Assembly: GCF_004010195.1 (NCBI RefSeq)
Contig: NC_057719.1
Location: 17,425,150-17,466,272 of the forward strand
Source: Chiloscyllium plagiosum
Lineage: Eukaryota
Length of the DNA: 41,123 nt
Reading direction: 5' to 3'
A model generated the notes under the pieces. The model worked only from the letters and a program-made list of their open reading frames with translations. It made no database searches and was not told the DNA's origin. The position numbers and the translations under genes are program-made. Of the stretch, positions 24,421 to 36,576 are shown in pieces; the stretch's first letter is position 1, and every line of letters begins with the position of its first letter.

Positions 24421-25269
24421 GGTATGTTTCTGAGGCTGACACCAATCCTTATGGCTGATCATGAAAGATTTAACGCAGAACCTTTAAGAGTTTGTCATAG
24501 CTTTTTTGCCAGAGACATATGCATTTTGAAATTGTGGCTTGATATAAGTGCTGAGCTTTGGTTTGTTTCCTTCAGATGTGTGGACTTTATTGTTAACCAG
24601 TCAGTGAACAAAACGCAATATCATGCCAATGGTGCATTTTTTGTAAAGAAATCTGATTTATAAATAGGAACACCTTAGTCACAACTCCCACAGCTGCAAT
24701 GCAAAGTGACACTGCAGCAGTGAATGAGTTAAGAAGCCTCTTGAATCGGAACCTTTCTCTATTCCTGATGGTTTAGAATAAATCAAACTGGCATTTGCCA
24801 GGCAAGTGCTGGCTCAGGCCTTATTACCCAGCATTCAGACACATGGAATCCAACACCAGCTTTCCAAACCACAGATCTCTATTTATTTTGAAGGGAACCC
24901 AGCCCTAGTTATAATTACAAGTGATCTGAAAGGCCTGCTAGTGTTGTGGCCAGCCTTTTGTGTCTGACTATGCAAGGCTGGTAGCAGAAAATTATATGTG
25001 GACAATCTTGCAAAAGAAAAAAAAGAAACTGTGACTGTATTTTGAAAGGAATACTACATTTCAACTCTTGCTTTGCACGTGGACACACGGCCAAGTTCCC
25101 AAATTGTGTGGTGCAGAACGACAGAGGTTCTCAGCCTCCAGCACAAGACTTTGAACCAGCAGAGTTCCACTTTTTATTCCACATTGATCAGGCAAATGAG
25201 ACTGCTGTGAGTGATTTGCACATCTTCTGATGCTGAGATATCACATGAAAAACTTTGGCTCATCTATAA

Positions 25270-25650
25270 GTGGCGAAGCCTGGCGGTCCAAGATGGCAGT
25301 CAGAGGCAAATTGGCGGTTGGCAGTGTAATGGTGGGTGAGACCAATCGGGAAAGTGTGCCCAACGTGGGGAAAGTCTCCACATACAGCGTCTACAGGCCC
25401 ATGGCTTAAGGACTGCAATGTTTAACTTGTAACTTTATTTCTTTTTTTTTAATACTTTAGACTAGGAAGAGCTATATTATTGAACCTTTGAATTTACTTG
25501 TTTTCTTTTATTTTTGCACCTAAGATTTTGTATCCAGCTACCTTTGTACCTAAGATGGCAGCGGGAAGGGCACTTTACACACTACTCCAGTATCCTTGTA
25601 CTTAAGTGCACATGACAATAAACTTAATTCTATTTCTAATTCTAATTCTA
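25270..25650 (+). mobile_element. Non-autonomous retroelement with Rex1-like 3' tail
   Basis: Ends GTGCACATGACAATAAA plus (ATTCTA)n, resembling the Rex1 tail at 17440-17510. Two AAGATGGC motifs. No ORF. Confidence 0.55.
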
Positions 25651-27681
25651 AAATGTATTATCATTTGAAGTTGTATTATCACAATACAGTTTCAGACACA
25701 CAACTCTAAAGTTTAATGAAACAGCTCTTTGTTGGCCCCTGTAGTCCATTCCGAATTAAAATAGTACAGAAAGACTCTCATGTCATAAATTAATCATTGA
25801 CTGTCATGCAAGTTATATCTGTGTGTTTATGGAGAGAGAGGAAGAAAAATTATGTTATGCCTCTGCCCGTGCACCATCAGGCACTGAAGTGACTTATTAA
25901 CACCTCACAGGTTCAAAGGTGAGTAAATGAGTGACATCTGCCGCCAATGAGGCAATCCCATAATTACAGAGGAAATAAAGAAACATGTGGCTCTGCACAT
26001 GAATTATTCTTTTGTGCATGCGTGTGCATGTCCATAAGGCTGTGTTAGAAATCAGAGCTACAGCAAGCATAAGCTGTCATAGTCAAAGTAAAGAATGAGC
26101 TGACAGCCAGTCTATAAGTGCTCGGCTTTGACAATGTTCAGCAATCTAACGATTTGCAGATCATATACTCTCTTTATCTTTCTGGCACTAAATGAATCTT
26201 CTGTGACTGCACCCTTTTTTATTGCTGCAAACTGTTATACAAGACATAGTGGAGGTTGAAGCAGCTATTGCCAAGTTTAGTGGAAGCATCACATTCCATC
26301 TCTAGGGTTGAAGACACTTGTACAGTCCAACATTGGGCAGGCCAGCACTGCATTCACTTCCTGCCAGCTAGTCATGGCACGGCCATTGATGATGGTTATG
26401 GATGGCAGTGTGAGCCAGACAGTCCCAAATACCTGGCATCAGGAGTTTGTGCACCTGCCAAATGTACTACCTACTAGGTTGAAAGAAGTGACAAAAAATA
26501 CAACAAAGGCATAAAAGGGGAAAAAAGTACAACCAGAGTGGCCTTTACAGTGGGACAATAATTCAGAAAAGAACAACAAGACTTTAAAAAGACATTGTTT
26601 GTAGAGGAATAACAAGAAGAGACGTGTGTCACTTCAGTCACCATGGTGTCATATGGAAGTATTAATAAGTATTTTGTTGTAATCATGGTTGTATCTTTAC
26701 AGATAAACAATGAAGGCCAGTTTCCTGAAACATCTCAGAGAAAGAAAGTGGATGTATATGGCACCTATCACATCCTCAAGAGTCCTAAATCCCAATACAA
26801 CCAATAAAGTGTAGTAATGTTGGAATAGCTCATTTGACAACATCAGGATGTGAATTGGCAAGGAAGTGGGGAAATCAATTTTTAATGAAGTAATTGCACC
26901 TTTAATGAAACCAGACAACACAAATACAAATCGTTTTGTATTGTTGGATCTATATGTATTGATTCCATCTTGGGCCCAATTTAAGTTCGTTATTATTCAG
27001 CATTTTAGGGTGGGAGTTGAATCCCATCGAAACGGCTCGTCCCAAAGATGGTCCTGAACAACAGCTGCTGTACTATTACAGAAGCTAAATGCCACAGATC
27101 GAGTCATTATTGGGAAAAAGGGACCCTGGACTAGAAAAGGGGAATAAATCATTTGTGGATTCCTCTCCCGTTCACCCAAAGGCTCCCACAGTGATGTGTG
27201 TATATGTGGATGCTGAATGATGATCAGGCTAGATTCAGCTGCAAGCTGGTTCCCCAAGGTCAAGTAGTTCAGGAATACAACAGGGCACTAGTGTTGGAGC
27301 ACAGTGCCAAAGATGAGCCTTGTGTGCAACAGGCAGTTGGAAAATCATAGGCTGAAGAATGCTACATATGGCTGGAGAACTGTCCATCTGCATGGTGCCA
27401 CATCCCAGCAGAAAGCAACAGGTTCAAGCAATAATTTGGGAAGAACAGTTAAAAAATAAGCTGTGGCTTATTTCATTGGCAACAATCATATCCAGCCTTG
27501 TGGTTCTTTGGTCATCAACCGCGTTTCTTTCCCTAAAACCTATTTGCCTTGGAACAGACATATTCCATTTATACGGTGTCCACAAAATTGAAAGAATAAA
27601 CAGACCCCAATCAAAGGATCTGCAAGCAGCAATACAAAGCAAATTGGAGGAAGGACAATAGTCAGGGAACCTGCCACCTGA

Positions 27682-28050
27682 TTTGATAGCAGTGTTTCAA
27701 ATCATCAATAGCTTTGATAGAGTAGGTAGGCTGAGAGAACTTACACTGCCAGGAGGGTCAGTAGCTAGAGGAGATAGATTTAAGGTAATCAGCAAAAGAA
27801 CTGAGATAATACCAGGGATGGTTTTTGGTACATACGGTGATGTGGTGCAACTTGGAAGGCTCTACCCTGAAAGAGCAATGTGAGCAGATTCAATTATAAC
27901 TCTCAAAAAAGAGTTTCAAATATGTGAAGCAAATTAGATTTAGAAAAGCTATGAGGCAAGAGAAAAGGCGTGGGATTATGGTGGTAGCTCTGTCTACGAT
28001 GGGCAGAATACCGTCCGCCTGTGCTGTAGGATTTGATGATTCTATGATTG
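27682..28050 (+). mobile_element. Decayed CR1 3' end
   Basis: TTGATAGCAGTGTTTCAAATCAT..AGATTTAAGGTAATCAGCAAAAG..GATTCTATGATT. Confidence 0.75.
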
Positions 28051-29902
28051 TGTACTCGGGCAGCAGTAAGGAGGTGAGGTCACGCTGCTCCAGGCGTAAA
28101 GGGGACTGGAGAAGCAATTTTACACATGGCATCACAGACCTCCTGCATATTCATGGCATGACACCAATTTTTAAAAATAAGTCCTCATTATGGGAAGTCG
28201 ATTGAAGAGCCACATGTGTTCAATTAATTGGAGCCAGGACAGTTTGCAAGCCTGTTATTTGGTAGACATCCTGTCTGACCTGCTGCTGTTACAGCACTGA
28301 CCCAAGAAACCAGATATCAAGACATGCTGACCTGTGGAGAGCTGAGACTTGCAACACAACATGGGCACTCAGATTATGCCAAGAACAACCCATCACCACT
28401 CTCCCTCCCACTCTCCCTCCCACCACCTGTATTCAAAATGAGCCAGCAGCAGAGCAAATTAATTTTGGCGTAACCTTTCTGCGGACAGACCATGCGTAGC
28501 TTGTTGCTGTGCTGCTCTCCCTTGAGTCCCCTTGAGTTTCTCACACAGATCCAGCAGCTAAACTTGCTAAAGCTATGCATCTCCTGGACTTCCATAACAT
28601 TCTAGATACGTTAATGTAAGGCAAAACTATTTTTTGGGGTTTGGACTGATGGGCAAACGGGGCAATAGATTCTACCATCTCTCATTTAATAGGATATTAA
28701 AGGGTGTAGGACGATTCAATTAACAGTGCAATAAGGCTGCTGTACAGCTTGCTGACCAACAACAAGACTTTCCGTGACATGCACAGAAGCCTCCTAAATA
28801 TGTGGGAGCACGTTTGAGCTGAGCTCCTTTTAGCAATCAGGCATTGCATCTGGAATTCCCACCGGACAACAAAATAAAAGTCTCGCAAGCAGTATTTGCA
28901 AGAGATATTGCTGAAGAACTGATGGAAAACTTGGCCCACAAGGGGAAAAAAAAAGTACTTCAAATTGGGGCTTTGGAGCCCCAGAACTGTTTGCTGGTGT
29001 CTGGTGACGGAAAATTTGAAGGAAAATAGATTTTTTTTTGCCAGGGATTAATTAGCCATAATAATTGTAGTCGACTAGGGCTGTAGTCGATTATGGCTTA
29101 TTACCCAACTAATCACAGTGTCTTTGCTTCCCCATATTCTGACTGTCAGCATCAGGTCTTTCACACAGTTAAAATTCACTCATCGGAAGACTTTCGTCCA
29201 GCTTTTTTTTTATCTTCTCTCTTCAGATCTAAAAGATCAATCCTCCTGGGCTACATGCACACACGCACAGCCTGATGTACATTTCCCATTCGGGGCCCTC
29301 ACAAGCTGCGAGAGCTAACTTAATAAATGAACTCGATCCCCCTTGCCTGGGAGCAAGTGCAGATTAATATCTGCCTACCTTGTTACTTAATTCATTATGG
29401 AATAGCAGTTAATTTGATTTGATATTATTTTAATAAAATTCTGTAATATATTAGATTGTTTCAGGCTATCAAAATAATTTTCCAATTATTACGGTCGCTC
29501 AAGCAAGTCTTTTTCACAGCGGCAGTTGGTCTGGCTCAGAATACATTAGTGGCAACAGCTTCATACTGGTCAGAACAGTGAGGAAAAAAAATAAGATGCA
29601 TGATTACACCAGAAATGTGATTGCCTATAATGTGCACCCATAGAATGCAACAGACTCCCAGGATACTGATGTTTCCCTTGCAAAGCAACAAATGTATATG
29701 ATTAGATGCCTTGGTAAAAGAGCAGGAATTGCAGTAGTTCAAGGTTAATTAACTCTTTTGCTGCTGAACAATTGCTACAATAGTTTGCTGGCTTTGTCAG
29801 TTCTGGTGGCTTGCCCTCACTTAGCGTATATATGAATCACCATCGCAAAGTTGGTATCCCTGGAACAACTGATTGGCTGCAGTGATACAGTGCCATCTTC
29901 AG

Positions 29903-30920
29903 CTATTTCATCAATAACTTTCTCTCCCTTATAAGGTCAGAAGTGGGGATGCTCACCAATGATTGCACAATGTTCAGCACAATTTGTGACTCCTCAGACA
30001 CTGAAGTAGTCCGTGTCCAAATGCAACAAGATCTGAGCAATATCCAGGCTTGGGCTGATGAGTGGCAAGTAACATTCGCACCACGCAAGTGCCATCACCA
30101 ACAAGAGACAATCTAACCACCGCCCCTTGGCATTCAATAGTGTTACCATCACTGAATTCCTCCACAATCAACATTCTGGGAGTTATCATTGATCAGAAAA
30201 GTAACTAGATTCACCACATAAACACAATGGCTACAAGAGCAAGTCAGAGACTAGGAATGTTGAGGCGAATAACTAACCTCCTGACACCTGAAATCCTGTC
30301 CACCATCTACAACGCACAAGTCCGGATGTCTGGATGAGTGCAGCTCCACAACACTCAAGAAGCTTGGCACCATCCAGAATAAAGTAGCTGACTTGATTGA
30401 TGAAGGGCTTTTGCCCGAAACGTCGATTTTACTGCTCCTTGGATGCTGCCTGAACTGCTGTGCTTTTCCAGCACCACTCTAATCTAGACTCTGGTGTCTA
30501 GCATCTGCAGTCATTGTTTTTACCTAGCCGACTTGATTAGCACTGCATCCACAAGCATCCACTCCCTCCACTACCAATGCTCAGTAGCAGCAGTGTGTAT
30601 GATCTACAAGATGCTCTGCAGAAATTCACCAAAGATCCTCAGAGAGCACCTTCCAATCCAGAAGGGCAAGGGAAGCAGATAAATGGGAACACACCTTCAA
30701 GTTGCCCTCCAAGCACTCACCATCCTGACTTGGAAATAAAAAGCCGTTCCTTCTCTGTCACTGGGTCAAAATCCTGGAGTTCCCTCCCTAAGGGCATTGT
30801 GGGCCAACCCACAGCAAGTTGTAGCAGTTCAAGAAGGCTGCTTACCCCCACTTTCTCAAGAGCAACTAGGGATGGGTAATAAATACTGGCCAGCCAGTGA
30901 CGCCCACATCCCACTAAAGC
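29903..30920 (+). mobile_element. LINE family B, RT C-terminus plus 3' UTR, interrupted by a Penelope-like insert
   Basis: Degenerate F INNF..IRSEVGMLTNDCTMF and QQDLSNIQAWADEWQVTFAP motifs, with the tail GTTCAAGAAGGC..GACGCCCACATCCC. Confidence 0.9.
30399..30524 (+). mobile_element. Penelope-like mini-insertion, 14-bp TSD, truncated inside the hammerhead core
   Basis: TAGC(T/C)GACTTGATT at 30385-30398 and 30525-30538. Begins GATGAAGGGCTTTTGCCCGAAACGTC. Confidence 0.8.
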
Positions 30921-31344
30921 ATGATTTTTTTTTTAAAAAACCCTCTGGTCTTATTTTACCTTTTTTAAACATTAATTTTCTCCTCCTTGTTTTGGCTCCT
31001 GCTTCAATGGACAGACATGAAAAGTGTGGTCAATTTGGGAAAAGAACAGAGGGGCATTACTAACAACCTGAATCCCCGAGAGTACCTTTTAATGTGATTT
31101 GTTCTTGGAATGCTCGCAACATTACACTTACTTCCCATCTTTGTTTCCCTGAAAACTTTAGAAATGAACTGTGTTTTGTGAAACAGGCCTCACTTGAAGG
31201 ACAGGCCTCCGTATGAGAATACATAATATTATTCAATCAATTGGGTTTTCACAATAGTCTGGTGGCGTTCATTGTTATTGTATCTGGTACATTGTTATTA
31301 GCTCGATTGAAAGTAAGTTCACAATTTGCTATGGTAGATCACTA

Positions 31345-31530
31345 CTGAAAATGTGTTGCTGGAAAAGCGCAGCAGGCCAGGCAGCATCCAAGGACTTTCC
31401 TCATTCCTGAAGAAGGGCTTATGCCCGAAACGTCGATTCTCCTGTTCCTTGGATGCTGTCTGGCCTGCTGCGCTTTTCCAGCAACACATTTTCAGCTCTG
31501 ATCTCCAGCATCTGCAGTCCTCACTTTCTC
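31345..31530 (+). mobile_element. Penelope-like fold-back mini-insertion, 16-bp TSD
   Basis: Perfect CTATGGTAGATCACTA at 31329-31344 and 31531-31546. 50-bp inverted arms at 31345-31394 and 31446-31495. Confidence 0.85.
31403..31438 (+). ncRNA. Minimal type I hammerhead ribozyme-like motif
   Basis: ATTC-CTGAAGA-A-GGGC-TTAT-GCCC-GAAACGTC-GATT. All core nucleotides are present with a GUC cleavage triplet, but helix I is weak. Confidence 0.6.
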
Positions 31531-31727
31531 CTATGGTAGATCACTAGTCCGGTTTGATCACCACAAATGTATTATATTTGCCTTCATATTGTAATATCCA
31601 TGATAAGCTACCACTGTATAGGGGCTTTCACTGTCTGACGCTGCCTCCTGCCTAAGCTTGGTACTTGAGTGGTAAAAGCACTTTTTTTGTTTTTGTCTGC
31701 AAGTTCCCCAGAGATCAGGATGAGAGG

Positions 31728-31870
31728 ATTCTGAAGAAGGATCACTGGGCTTGAAAGGTTAGCTCTACTTTCTCTCCACAGATACTGCCAGATCTACTGA
31801 GTTTCTCCTCAATTTCTGTGTTTTTTTTTGTTCCCGATCTCCAGTAATTGTAGTCCTTTGTTTTATTATC
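31728..31870 (+). mobile_element. Penelope-like terminal-repeat fragment (second subfamily), degenerate hammerhead core
   Basis: TTCTGAAGAAGGATCACTGGGCTTGAAAGGTTAGCTC..CCACAGATACTGCCAGATCTACTGAGTTTCTCC. Confidence 0.7.
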
Positions 31871-31954
31871 TCAGGACTGTTGTTACTGCTGTTTTTGATG
31901 TAGCATAATGACCTGGACTTCAGACTACAAAGTAGAAATTCTAAAATTGGAGAT

Positions 31955-32730
31955 GGAGTAAAATTCGAACGTTTGTCATATCCTGGGGAAGAAAGTAACA
32001 GCCTCCAAGAGGACTGGTGGAATGGGTAGGTGCTTTGCAGATGAAATTCAATGCAATCAAGTGTAAGGTGATGCTGTTGGGTAAGAAGAATGAGGAAAGA
32101 TAATACACATTAAAGGTGGATTTATAAAGCAGGTACAACAAGAGAGAGGGAGAGAGACTGGAGGCATTTTTTCGCGCAAATCTTTGAAGGACAAGGACAG
32201 GCTAACAAAGCAGTTCATAAAGCAGATAGGATCTTGGACCTTATAAATAGAGGCACGGATAATAAAAGGCAGGATGTTATGTAAAGCCAATACAAAGCAT
32301 CTTTGTGGCTTCGGCTGAATCCCAATTCTGGGCGTCACACTTCAAGAAGGACATGAACGTCTTTGAAAGAGCCTAGAGAGATTGGAAAACAGTTCCTCAG
32401 GTAGAGGAATTGTGTCGATAGATTGAAGAAACTAGGAATCGTCCCCTAAGATCAGAGAAAATTCAGTGGTGGTGTTTAAAACAATGGAGGTTTTAGGAAG
32501 AGAAGTTATAATGTTTCCAATGAAGGTGATTTGCAAAAGAATCTGAGGGCACAGGAGGATAAAATATTTTATGTATTGAGTGGTTAGGATTTGGAATGCA
32601 CTGCCTAATAGGTTGATAAATACAGATGCAATCATGGCCTTCAAAAGGCAGATGAAAAAAGAAAATTATGGGAATTTGGAGAAAATAAAACAGGCTAGTG
32701 AGAATAATCAGATTACTCTTGGACAAGCCC
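31955..32730 (+). mobile_element. Decayed CR1 3' region
   Basis: TGCAGATGAAATTCAATGCAATCAAGTGTAAGGTGATG (WQMKFN..KC motif) and GTGGTTAGGATTTGGAATGCACTGCCT. Confidence 0.8.
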
Positions 32731-32744
32731 GCACAGACTTTTTT

Positions 32745-33020
32745 AATGCACTTGTGGGACATGGATATCACTGGCCGACTTTATTGACTGTCCTTAGTTG
32801 CCCTTGAGAAGGTGGTGAACTGCTGCAGCCCACTTGCTGTGGGTTGACTCACATTGCCCTTGAGGAGTGAATTTTAGGATTTTGACTCAATGACAGTGAA
32901 GTAAAGGTGATATATTTCCAAGTCAGGATGGTGAATGGCATGAAAGGGAACTTGCAGGCAGTGATATTTCCATTTATCTGCTGCCTTTGACCTTCTAGAT
33001 GGTTGTATATTTGGAAGGTG
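32745..33020 (-). mobile_element. LINE family B 3' end
   Basis: CCTTAGTTGCCCTTGAGAAGGTGGTG..TTTCCAAGTCAGGATGGTG. Confidence 0.8.
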
Positions 33021-33249
33021 AAATCTAAGGATCTCTAATGGTGCCCTCTGTGCTACACAATTTTATCCCTCTCCCATTCTATAATTGTTTATAAGGCAAA
33101 TTTAAAGAATTAAAATCAGATTTTTAAAATGCCCAGAGTGAGATGCCAATGCCTAAATTTAATCAGATTGTAAGGTAATCACATGATACTTGGGCAAAAA
33201 ACTTGCAACTCCCCTTCTAACAGCATTGATAGGGAATACTACATGAAGA

Positions 33250-33564
33250 GGTGGCATGATAGCACAGTGGTTCGCATTGCTGCCTCACAACATCAGGGTC
33301 CCAGGTTCAATTCTAGCCTCGGGCGACTGTCTGTGTGGAGTTTGCACATTCTCCTCGTGTCTGCGTGGGTTTCCTCTGGGTGCTCCGGTTTCCTCCCACA
33401 ATCCAAAGATGTGCAGGTCAGGTGAATTGGCCATGCTAAATTGCCCATAGTGTTAGATGTGTTAGTCAGAGGGAAATGGGTCTGGGTGAGTTACTCTTCG
33501 GAGGGTCGGTGTGGACTGGTTGGGCCAAAGGGCCTGTTTCCACACTGTAGGTGATCTAATCTAA
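33250..33564 (+). mobile_element. HE1-type SINE
   Basis: A box TAGCACAGTGG, B box GGTTCAATTC, (ATCTA)n tail. Same subfamily as 20607-20908. Confidence 0.95.
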
Positions 33565-36500
33565 ACTGCAGATGTTCAAGAAGTATGCTGACCACGACCT
33601 TCTCAGGGTCAATTCAAAAACAAGAAATAAATATTGGTCTTGCCAGTGACACCAGCATCTTAGTACTCACATTGCCAATAAAATGTCTTTGATGCTGTTA
33701 ATATAAGCTGGCATCACCTAATCCTTCCTTTTTACAGAGCTGCAGGTTTTCCAATGTTTTGTCAGAGTCAGAAACAGCAGCCACCTTCTATATTCAGTGC
33801 TCATTTGATCATAAATGGGAAGAGCAGCATCAGAGCTGAATCCCAATAATACACAAGGGTGGAACGTTTGACAGAATGTGTCTGACCCTGAGACAGGCTA
33901 GTGACATATAGTTATCTCCACATCCTCCAATAGTCAATTTGCCCTCCAGTATGGGATTGAGATGGACTGCAAAGTTTCCCATGTCTGAGCCAAATGGGCT
34001 AAGCCCAGTCAGAGTGATTGTGGAAGTTTTAAGTATTGGCCCTGATGCTATCTGAGAAAACTAATTCAGTCAGTATTCCCAACACTACACACTTTGAATT
34101 TGGATCCCTATTGAAAAGTGTGACTTTGATGTTAGAGCTGGATGGGAGTAACTTCAGCTCAATGTTCAGTCAGATTGATCCCGAACAGCACTTAGACACG
34201 GATACAAAGGGCCAAATGTTCCCTTTCTGCTCCATAGCAATTCTGTAATCCTGAGATGTACGCTCTGGGTGAACGCTGCAAAAGGGTAACTAGAGCTGTT
34301 CAGGCCATGAATTCACAACTGCTTCAGAAGAGGACAGCAGCAAGTTGGGTGTTTCAGAAAATTAAGAGATAACATTCCATTTGATAGCATTCAAATGAGT
34401 TTGTACCTATTTTAGGAATTATAGATTGGAGATCGACTGAAAAGAATAGAATAATGGCACAGGTTATGGAATTCTGATGTTTAAGATCATCAATGCCACT
34501 TGCATTGAAAACAAACCACCCAATCGATATCATAATTAAAAAATGTCTGCAAGAATTAACAGAGACAAGCATTTGCTAATAAGGTATGAGAGGAAGAATT
34601 TGAGGGAAATGATTCTTGATATTTTTCACTCTGCTTGGATCATTTTCCGCTAAAGCACTATATTTTAGCCTTCATTTTAGATCTCCAGCAGGTCAGCAAG
34701 CCAGCAGAATATCTCATCAACTGTGCGAAAATAGTTAGCAATTATCCTCTGATTGTTAAAGATACATCAATGCCTGCTATGGTCGCTGACAAATCAGCTA
34801 ACTAGATTTGAAACCAATACCGTGTTCAACACTTTGAAGCATTGCTACAATTTTATCATCTTATTACAGATTGTACCTGTTACAAACATAGTAACATGGA
34901 AATTTCATGGCTCAGAAGACGGCAGTTTAATCGGAGGCCAACAAAATAGTTTGAACTTGTATCATACTGCAGCTCTCCCTTCAGCAGACAACTTCTAGGG
35001 ATTTCTGAAATGAGTTCAAGAGGTAAATACTCTGGATGTATTCGGAGAAAAAAGTCCTTTGATACCAGAGCACACTCCTTTTTAATGTCCTGAACTATCA
35101 AATTAGGTGCAATCTTCCCAGTCCTCAAAGATGAGCCAGTTGTGAAAGTATGGCAAGATTGGAAAAATGAGATTCCTGATGTTAAGGAAGCCATGTTGAA
35201 TTTTGCACTTGAGCTTTGAACAGCGAGATGAGAATCTTGCTAGTGAGCAGTGGTGACTGTTAACCTCCCTGCAGTAACCGTCACCTTCTAATGCTCGCCA
35301 TCCTTTTATGCTGAGTAGCTGCCCTTCACAATGATTTTCCTTTGATTCCCAGAATGCTCCCTCTATCCTTTTGGTTCACATGAACGAACATCTCTTTCTG
35401 ATCTCTTTTGACTTAGTTGGAATGGAGATTTCTACTCTCCCCATGGTAGAGGGAAACTAGTTGTCAATAATTCCCAGCCCAAAGGTTGGAGCACTCATCA
35501 CTGCTTGCTTCTTTGGCCTTGATCTTGACCATCACTCCCTGATATCTCTGGGCACACTCTGTGGGTCGTAACCACCCGCATTCCTCTCTCTGCACAGGTT
35601 GGCTTTGGGCAAGCTGTTACTCATTTATAATGCTGCTCACCACTTGCATACCATAAACTAGAGATCACTGACATCTTGCATTGCAATATTGCTGCCAGGT
35701 TGCTTTGTGCACAGCGATGAATGCCCATCTCATGCATTGGAGCAGGGTGAATCTCAGGGCTCCTCCTTTACTTTCTCAGCAAACTTACTCACTTTGCATG
35801 TTCTTGAATGCTCCCAGCATCTCTACTTTGCCTTGCATTTTTACTCATTGCCACCTCCCTTACACTGTTCAGGCTCTCAGCACTTTTGTCTCTCCTTGCC
35901 AGGCAGCTTGTCATGTTTACCAGTAACAATCAGTCAAGCAGGCAGATCTGTTGCTTTATAACACCGTGGCTATGTCGATGGCACATCTGCACTATGTGTT
36001 CATAGCTTACTCAGCAAGCACACTGGACATACTTCAACCAAATGGCTGAGTCTCATCTCAGGGTCATATGCCCAATGCAGTGGGACTATGGTCAGTGAGG
36101 TGGTCCTGGCACAGTCAGTCAGTCAGTCAAGGGCTTGAACTACCTCAGTACAAGGGTTAGACATGGTCAGTTGGCCACTTGAGAATCCAGGTTCGGGATT
36201 TCATATGCTTACAGCTCAGGGAGTAAGCCATGGTCAGTCCTGTAGGTTCAGTGCAACCGGCCCAAGCACTAGCACTAAATAAGTCAGGGAGCTCCACAAT
36301 GGTCATTCAGGGGCCTGGTGACTCATCGGCCTGGGCTGTCCTTCCATGTTGGTCACATTTGGTCCTGTGAGTCTGTGCAATGAAAGCCAAAGGCCACTGC
36401 TGTAATGGGAAAGTTTGGGGAAGTCAATTTTGGCATTGAAGGCTGTTTGCTTGGATACAGAGGGAGCAATAATTTTAAAAGGGGCAACGCAACATTAAAA

Positions 36501-36576
36501 CATGTGAAATGATAGAACATTGGAAGACATGAGTTAATGCGGGAGGATGAGGTCACTGATGATGGTTTCAATGGCA

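Noticed and set aside
34880..35194. 104-aa ATG-initiated ORF on the minus strand
   Set aside because: No recognisable motif, and the length is within chance expectation for 41 kb.
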